This document shows positions 58,733 to 64,000 of a stretch of 64,000 bases of DNA, one piece after another. A program made the position numbers and the translations under genes. The stretch comes from Alphaproteobacteria bacterium (GTDB lineage Bacteria; Pseudomonadota; Alphaproteobacteria; UBA828): NCBI GenBank assembly GCA_965214705.1, contig CBDCCI010000001.1:160001-224000 (forward strand), written 5' to 3'. Every line of letters starts with the position of its first letter. Positions within the stretch are counted from its first letter, which is position 1. The notes under the pieces were generated by a model. That model saw only the letters and a program-made list of their open reading frames with translations, had not been told where the DNA came from and did not search any database.

Positions 58733-59925
58733 GCGAGGCAAACACTGAGGACCTGGCGGGTGCTGAAACGCTCGCGCATCCGCTGGCGCTTGCCCGCGCG
58801 CTGATCCGCTGCGAGAGCGTCACGCCGGCTGACGGCGGCGCGCTCGATGTGCTCCAGAGCGCGCTCGAGACGCTCGGCTTTACTTGCCATCGCCTGCTCT
58901 TCGAGGAGCCGGGCACCGCGCCGGTTGACAACCTCTACGCGAGGCGGGGCGAAGACGCGCCCAACTTCTGCTTCGCGGGCCACACCGACGTGGTGCCGAC
59001 GGGTGACCGTGCGGGCTGGACCCGCGAGCCCTTCGCGGCACAAGTGGAGGACGGCGTGCTCTACGGGCGCGGCGCGAGCGACATGAAGGGGGCGATCGCG
59101 GCCTTCGTCGCCGCCGTGGCACGCTTCGGCACAAGTGGTGCCGGGGCCGGCTCCATCAGCCTTCTGATTACAGGCGACGAGGAAGGCCCGGCAATTAACG
59201 GCACGCGCAAGGTGCTGGACTGGCTCGGCGCGCAAAACGAGACCCTCGATGTCTGCCTGGTGGGCGAGCCGACCAACCCCGAAGAGGTCGGCGAGATGGT
59301 GAAGATCGGCCGGCGCGGCAGCCTCAACGGCACGCTCCGGGTCACCGGCCGCCAGGGGCACGTGGCCTATCCGGCGCTGGCGGACAACCCCCTACCCCGC
59401 CTGGTGACTTTGCTCGATGCCCTGCTCGCGCTGGAACTGGACCAGGGCACCGATCACTTCCAGCCGAGCCGGCTGGAGCTCACCTCCATCGATGTCGGCA
59501 ACGAGGCGACGAACGTCATTCCCGGCGCCGCGGCGGCGCGCTTCAACGTTCGCTTCAACGACCGCCACACCGGGGCGAGCCTTGAGCGCACCATTCGCGC
59601 GAGCCTCGATGCGACCGGCGAGCCCTACGAGTTCGCGACCGAGGTTTCGGGCGAGGCCTTCGTCACCCCGCCGGGCCCGCTCAGCACGATCATCGCCGAC
59701 TCCGTAGTCGCCGTCACCGGCATGACGCCCACCCTCAGCACCACAGGTGGCACCTCGGACGCGCGCTTCATCAAGGACCACTGCCCGGTCGCCGAGTTCG
59801 GCCTGATCGGCCGGACCATGCATCGGATCGACGAGTGCGTTCCCGTTGAGGCCATAGAACGACTCACCGAAATCTATCTGGAGGTGCTGGAGCGCTATTT
59901 CGGGGGCCCCGAGCCGCTGACTTGA
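58729..59925 (+). CDS. dapE: Succinyl-diaminopimelate desuccinylase
   Basis: [50 protein letters not shown]. Confidence 0.96.
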   Translation: MSEANTEDLAGAETLAHPLALARALIRCESVTPADGGALDVLQSALETLGFTCHRLLFEEPGTAPVDNLYARRGEDAPNFCFAGHTDVVPTGDRAGWTREPFAAQVEDGVLYGRGASDMKGAIAAFVAAVARFGTSGAGAGSISLLITGDEEGPAINGTRKVLDWLGAQNETLDVCLVGEPTNPEEVGEMVKIGRRGSLNGTLRVTGRQGHVAYPALADNPLPRLVTLLDALLALELDQGTDHFQPSRLELTSIDVGNEATNVIPGAAAARFNVRFNDRHTGASLERTIRASLDATGEPYEFATEVSGEAFVTPPGPLSTIIADSVVAVTGMTPTLSTTGGTSDARFIKDHCPVAEFGLIGRTMHRIDECVPVEAIERLTEIYLEVLERYFGGPEPLT

Positions 59926-59950
59926 CATGACGGAAGTATGGCCATACTCT
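59922..59950 (+). promoter_or_regulatory. Sigma70 promoter and palindromic operator of the TA operon
   Basis: TTGACA (59922-27)-17 bp-TACTCT (59945-50); perfect palindrome AGTATGGCCATACT at 59935-59948. Confidence 0.7.
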
Positions 59951-59955
59951 GACTT

Positions 59956-60252
59956 ATGGCCGTAACGACGATCAAATCAACCTACTCGCTGGATGTCGAG
60001 ACAGTGCGGACGCTGGAAGCGTTGGCGCGCCGCTGGAACGTGCCGAAAACCGAGGTGCTGCGCCGTGCCATCCGCGCAGCTGCAGCGGGAGAAAGGAGCC
60101 AGCGCGCGCGCGAAAAGCTGGAAGCCCTAGGGCAATTGCAAGACTACGTGCAACGGCGCGGCATCGATGTCGAAGCATGGGCGCGGGAGGTTCGAGCCAC
60201 ACGTGACGCAGCTGGACGCAAGCGTCTATCCGTCTTCGATGATCCATCTTAA
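59956..60252 (+). CDS. Ribbon-helix-helix (CopG-like) antitoxin
   Basis: IKSTYSLDVETVRTLEALARRWNVPKTEVLRRAI; overlaps the downstream PIN gene. Confidence 0.85.
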   Translation: MAVTTIKSTYSLDVETVRTLEALARRWNVPKTEVLRRAIRAAAAGERSQRAREKLEALGQLQDYVQRRGIDVEAWAREVRATRDAAGRKRLSVFDDPS

Positions 60253-60616
60253 TACGAGCTTTCTGATCAGGTCGCTCTCATCGGGATCGCCTGAGGGGCG
60301 AGCGCTTCAAGAATGGATCGATGCCGACGAAACGCTAGCTGTGAGCGCCGTCGCCTGGACGGAGTTCTTGTGCGGCCCGTTCGAGCCCTCAGCGCTGGAA
60401 GTCGCCGCCCGCGTCATAGATCGCTATATCGACTTTACGTCCGCCCACGCAGAGGTAGCGTCACGCCTCTTCAATCTCTCGGGCCGGCGACGCAGGCTGT
60501 TCACCGACTGCATGATCGCGGCGACGGCGATCGCCGAGGGCGCACCTATCGCGACCGCCAATCAGGACGACTTTCGCCGGTTCGAGAGCGAGGGTCTGAC
60601 GTTCGCGCTCGCTTAG
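60239..60616 (+). CDS. vapC: PIN-domain VapC toxin (first catalytic Asp replaced by Asn)
   Basis: MIHLNTSFLI, SAVAWTEFLCG, DCMIAATA, ATANQDDF. Confidence 0.85.
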   Translation: MIHLNTSFLIRSLSSGSPEGRALQEWIDADETLAVSAVAWTEFLCGPFEPSALEVAARVIDRYIDFTSAHAEVASRLFNLSGRRRRLFTDCMIAATAIAEGAPIATANQDDFRRFESEGLTFALA

Positions 60617-60634
60617 GCTGTCGCGGCCCCGCGC

Positions 60635-62257
60635 TCACATCCTCACCGCGCCGGTTTCCGTCGCTTTGAGGTCGAGGGCAGCGGCGAGCAGCGCCTGGGT
60701 GTATTCGGTCTCAGGCCTCTCGAAGATCGCCTCGGTGGGCCCAGTCTCCACCACGAGGCCGTCGCGTAGCACGATCACCTCGTGGCAGAGCGCGCGGACG
60801 ACCTTCAGGTCGTGGCTGATGAAGAGATAGGCCAGGCGATGCCGGGCCTGGAGCGCGCGCAGCAGGTCGATGATCTGGGCCTGGACCGACATGTCGAGCG
60901 CGGACGTGGGCTCGTCAAGCACCACCAGGCGGGGTTTCAGCACCAGCGCGCGGGCGATGGCGATACGTTGGCGCTGGCCGCCCGAGAACTCGTGGGGGTA
61001 GCGGTCCTGCATCGCTGGCTCGAGCCCCACCTCCTCCAGCACCGCGCTGACCGGATCGCCGGCACCGTCGCCATTGGCGAGCCGATGGAGCTTCAGCCCT
61101 TCCTCGATGATCTGGCGCACGGTCATGCGCGGGCTGAGCGAGCCGAAAGGGTCCTGGAAGACAATCTGCATTCGCCGGCGCAGCGGGCGCATGCGCTTGA
61201 AGGTAAGCCCCTGGATCGGGCGGTCCTCGAAAGTGATGGGACCGTCGCTCGATATCAGCCGCAGCAACGCCAGCGCGAGTGTGGTTTTGCCGGAACCGCT
61301 CTCGCCCACGATGCCGACGGTCTGGCCCTCGCGGATCGAGAGCGTGACGCCGTCCACCGCCTTCACGTGGCCCACCGTGTGACGGATGATGCCGGCCTTG
61401 ATCGGGAAGTGGATCTTGAGGTCGTCGCAGGTGACGACCTCCTCTGCCGTGCCATCCACCGCGAGCGGCTCGCCCTTGGGCTCGGCCGCGATCAGCGCCC
61501 GCGTGTAGTCGTGGGCGGGCGTATCGAAGACGCGTTCCGTCGGCCCCTCCTCCACGATCGCGCCGTCGCGCATCACGCAGACCCAGTCCGAGATGTGCCG
61601 CACGATGGAGAGGTCGTGGGTAATCAGCAGCATCGCCATGCCGAGGCGTTGCTGCAGCTCGCCGAGCAGCTTCAGGATCTGCGCCTGCACGGTGACATCG
61701 AGGGCGGTGGTGGGCTCGTCCGCGATCAGCAGGTCGGGCTCGCAGGCGAGCGCCATGGCGATCATCACGCGCTGGCGCTGCCCGCCAGAGAGCTCGTGAG
61801 GAAACGCCTTCAGCCGCTTCGCGGTCTCGCCCAGCGCGACCATCTCCAGCAGCTCCTGCGCGCGAATCAGTGCGCGGCGCTTGGGCAGGCCCCGATGGAG
61901 CGTCAGCACCTCGGCCACCTGGCGGCCGATGGTGTGCAGCGGATTGAGCGAGGTCATCGGCTCCTGGAAGATCATCGAGACCCGGTTGCCACGGATCTGG
62001 CGGAGCCGGCGCGGGGACGCGCCGACCACCTCGGTCCCGTCGACATCAATGGTGCCGCTCGGGTGCGAGGCCACCGGATAGGGCAAGAGCTGGAGGATCG
62101 AGAGCGCGGTCACCGACTTGCCCGAGCCGCTCTCGCCCACCAGCGCCATTGTCTCGCCCCGCTCGATGTCGAAGGAGACGCCGGAGACGGCGCGTACGGT
62201 CTCGCCGGCGCTGGTGAAATCGACCGAGAGGTCACGGATGCGGGCCAGCGTGCTCAT
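60635..62257 (-). CDS. yejF: Peptide ABC transporter dual-domain ATPase
   Basis: Two GESGSGK Walker A motifs, [31 protein letters not shown]. Confidence 0.88.
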   Translation of the reverse strand: MSTLARIRDLSVDFTSAGETVRAVSGVSFDIERGETMALVGESGSGKSVTALSILQLLPYPVASHPSGTIDVDGTEVVGASPRRLRQIRGNRVSMIFQEPMTSLNPLHTIGRQVAEVLTLHRGLPKRRALIRAQELLEMVALGETAKRLKAFPHELSGGQRQRVMIAMALACEPDLLIADEPTTALDVTVQAQILKLLGELQQRLGMAMLLITHDLSIVRHISDWVCVMRDGAIVEEGPTERVFDTPAHDYTRALIAAEPKGEPLAVDGTAEEVVTCDDLKIHFPIKAGIIRHTVGHVKAVDGVTLSIREGQTVGIVGESGSGKTTLALALLRLISSDGPITFEDRPIQGLTFKRMRPLRRRMQIVFQDPFGSLSPRMTVRQIIEEGLKLHRLANGDGAGDPVSAVLEEVGLEPAMQDRYPHEFSGGQRQRIAIARALVLKPRLVVLDEPTSALDMSVQAQIIDLLRALQARHRLAYLFISHDLKVVRALCHEVIVLRDGLVVETGPTEAIFERPETEYTQALLAAALDLKATETGAVRM

Positions 62258-62294
62258 ACGCCCCTGCTCACCGGCCTCTTTTCGCCGCGGCCGC

Positions 62295-63323
62295 TCACCG
62301 GCCGACCAGCTTGCGCGGGTCGAAGGCATCACGCACCGCTTCCCCGATGAAGATGAGCAGGCTCAGCATGAGCGCCAGCACCACAAAGCTCACGATGCCG
62401 AGCCAGGGCGCCTGCAGGTTCGCCTTGCCCTGGCGCAGCAGCTCGCCCAGCGAAGGCTCTCCCGGCGGCAAGCCGAACCCCAAGAAGTCGAGGGAAGTGA
62501 GCGACGTGATCGAACCCACCAGGATGAAGGGCAGGAAGGTGACCGCCGAGACCATCGCGTTAGGCAGCCCGTGCCGGAAGATGATCGCGATGTTGCCGAC
62601 GCCGAGCGCGCGGGCCGCGCGGATGTAGTCGAAGTTGCGCACCCGCAGGAACTCGGCCCGCACCACGCCCACCAGCGCCATCCAGCTGAACAGCAGCAGA
62701 ATCACCAGCAGGACCCAGAAGTTGGGCTCGATGATGCTGGACAGGATGATCAGGATGAAGAGCTGCGGCAGCCCCGACCAGACCTCGATAAAGCGCTGGA
62801 AGGTGAGGTCGATCCAGCCACCGAAGAAGCCCTGCACGGCGGCAGCTGCGATGCCGATGACCGAGGCCGCTGCGGTGAGAATCAGGCCGAACAGCACCGA
62901 CAATCGGAAGCCGTAGATCACGCGGGCGAGTACGTCCCGCCCCTGGTCGTCGGTGCCGAGCCAATTGTCGGCGGATGGCGGGGCCGGCGCCGGCACCGGC
63001 AGGTCGTAGTTGATGGTCCGGTAGCTGTAGGGGATGAGCGGCCAGACCATCCACCCCTTCTCTTCGATCAACTCGGCGACGAAGGGATCGCGATAGTCGG
63101 CCTCGGTCTCGAAGTCGCCGCCGAACTCGGTCTCCGCGTATTCGAAGAAAATCGGGAAGTGGAGATCGCCGTCGTAGCTCAAGACGATGGGCTTGTCGTT
63201 GGCGATGAACTCCGCAAACAGCGTGAACAGCAGCAGCGCGAGGAAGATCCAGAACGAAATGTAGCCGCGCCGGTTGGCGCGGAAGTTATAGAACCTGCGC
63301 CGCGTGATGGGGGAGAGTGCCAC
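62295..63323 (-). CDS. yejE: Peptide ABC transporter permease
   Basis: FRANRRGYISF, ANDKP, FGGDFETEADYRDP, LGTDDQGRDVLARVIYGFR. Confidence 0.92.
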   Translation of the reverse strand: MALSPITRRRFYNFRANRRGYISFWIFLALLLFTLFAEFIANDKPIVLSYDGDLHFPIFFEYAETEFGGDFETEADYRDPFVAELIEEKGWMVWPLIPYSYRTINYDLPVPAPAPPSADNWLGTDDQGRDVLARVIYGFRLSVLFGLILTAAASVIGIAAAAVQGFFGGWIDLTFQRFIEVWSGLPQLFILIILSSIIEPNFWVLLVILLLFSWMALVGVVRAEFLRVRNFDYIRAARALGVGNIAIIFRHGLPNAMVSAVTFLPFILVGSITSLTSLDFLGFGLPPGEPSLGELLRQGKANLQAPWLGIVSFVVLALMLSLLIFIGEAVRDAFDPRKLVGR

Positions 63324-63326
63324 CGC

Positions 63327-64000
63327 TCACACCTCCCGCGTCTCGAAGTCGATGCGGGGGTCGATGATGACGTACATGAGATCGCCGATCAGGTTCACGA
63401 CGAGGCCGAGCAGCGTGAAGAAAAAGAGCGTGCCGAAGATGATCGGGTAGTCCCGCTTGAGCAGGGATTCGAAGCCCAAGAGCCCGAGCCCGTCGAGCGA
63501 GAAGATGACCTCGATCAGGAGCACGCCGGTGAACAGGATGCCGATAAAGGCGCCCGGCAGGCCGGCGATGATGATCAGCATCGCGTTGCGGAAGACGTGA
63601 CCGTAGAGCACGCGGCGCTCGGTCAAGCCCTTGGCGCGCGCGGTGATGACGTAGTGCTGGCTGATCTGATCCAGGAAGGAGTTCTTGGTCAGCATCGTGG
63701 TGGTGGCGAAGCCGCTCACCGCCATCGCCAGGATCGGCAGCGCGAGGTGCCAGAAATAGTCCTCGATCTTGCCGAGCAGCGAGAGCTCCCCAAAATCGTT
63801 GGAGACAAGTCCACGCAGCGGGAACCAATCCACGTAGCTGCCGCCGGCGAAGAGCACGATCAGCAGGATCGCGAAGATGAAGTTCGGGATTGCGTAGCCG
63901 ACGATGATGACGCCGCTGGTCCAGACGTCGAAGCGCTGGCCGTCGCGCACCGCCTTGGCGATGCCGAGCGGGATCGAGATCAAGTAAGCGAGCAGCGTGG
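63327..64000 (-). CDS. yejB: Peptide ABC transporter permease, 5' truncated by window edge
   Basis: [50 protein letters not shown]. Confidence 0.92.
   Translation of the reverse strand, partial: TLLAYLISIPLGIAKAVRDGQRFDVWTSGVIIVGYAIPNFIFAILLIVLFAGGSYVDWFPLRGLVSNDFGELSLLGKIEDYFWHLALPILAMAVSGFATTTMLTKNSFLDQISQHYVITARAKGLTERRVLYGHVFRNAMLIIIAGLPGAFIGILFTGVLLIEVIFSLDGLGLLGFESLLKRDYPIIFGTLFFFTLLGLVVNLIGDLMYVIIDPRIDFETREV

Noticed and set aside
1-64000. CRISPR arrays, tRNA, rRNA, prophage genes
   Set aside because: No regularly spaced repeats, cloverleaf or rRNA-like stretches, or phage structural genes were recognised by eye; a covariance-model scan would be needed to exclude small RNAs formally.

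Overview
High-GC alphaproteobacterial chromosomal window (Rhodospirillales-like gene order; the taxonomy is inferred). The housekeeping backbone comprises M16 peptidase-tusA-like-rimJ-like, yqgE/algH, xseA, tldD, a complete aa3-type cytochrome c oxidase operon (coxB-coxA-ctaB-small ORF-ctaG-coxC-DUF983-SURF1) followed by an M32 carboxypeptidase, coiled-coil-zapA-6S RNA-ygfA-ymdB, an OmpR-family two-component system near degP, an AsmA-like protein, dapD-dapE and yejBEF. Accessory material is interspersed. (i) A 2.6-kb element encodes a tyrosine recombinase plus an IS91-type Y2/HUH transposase; it is bounded by perfect 14-bp inverted repeats and abuts a perfect 19-bp hairpin and a Fic gene. (ii) Two regulator-less catabolic blocks carry ABC transporters, GMC, OYE, Mo-enzyme, CmcJ/NvfI, LLM, aryl-CoA ligase, CE4 and cysteine hydrolases. 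(iii) A divergent urease-like operon (fused gamma-beta, alpha, UreD only) keeps the di-nickel ligands but has remodelled substrate-contact motifs, so it is a candidate non-urea amidohydrolase. (iv) Two type II TA loci both appear to have disarmed VapC toxins. I saw no rRNA, tRNA or CRISPR array. All calls come from motif recognition by eye, with no database searches.
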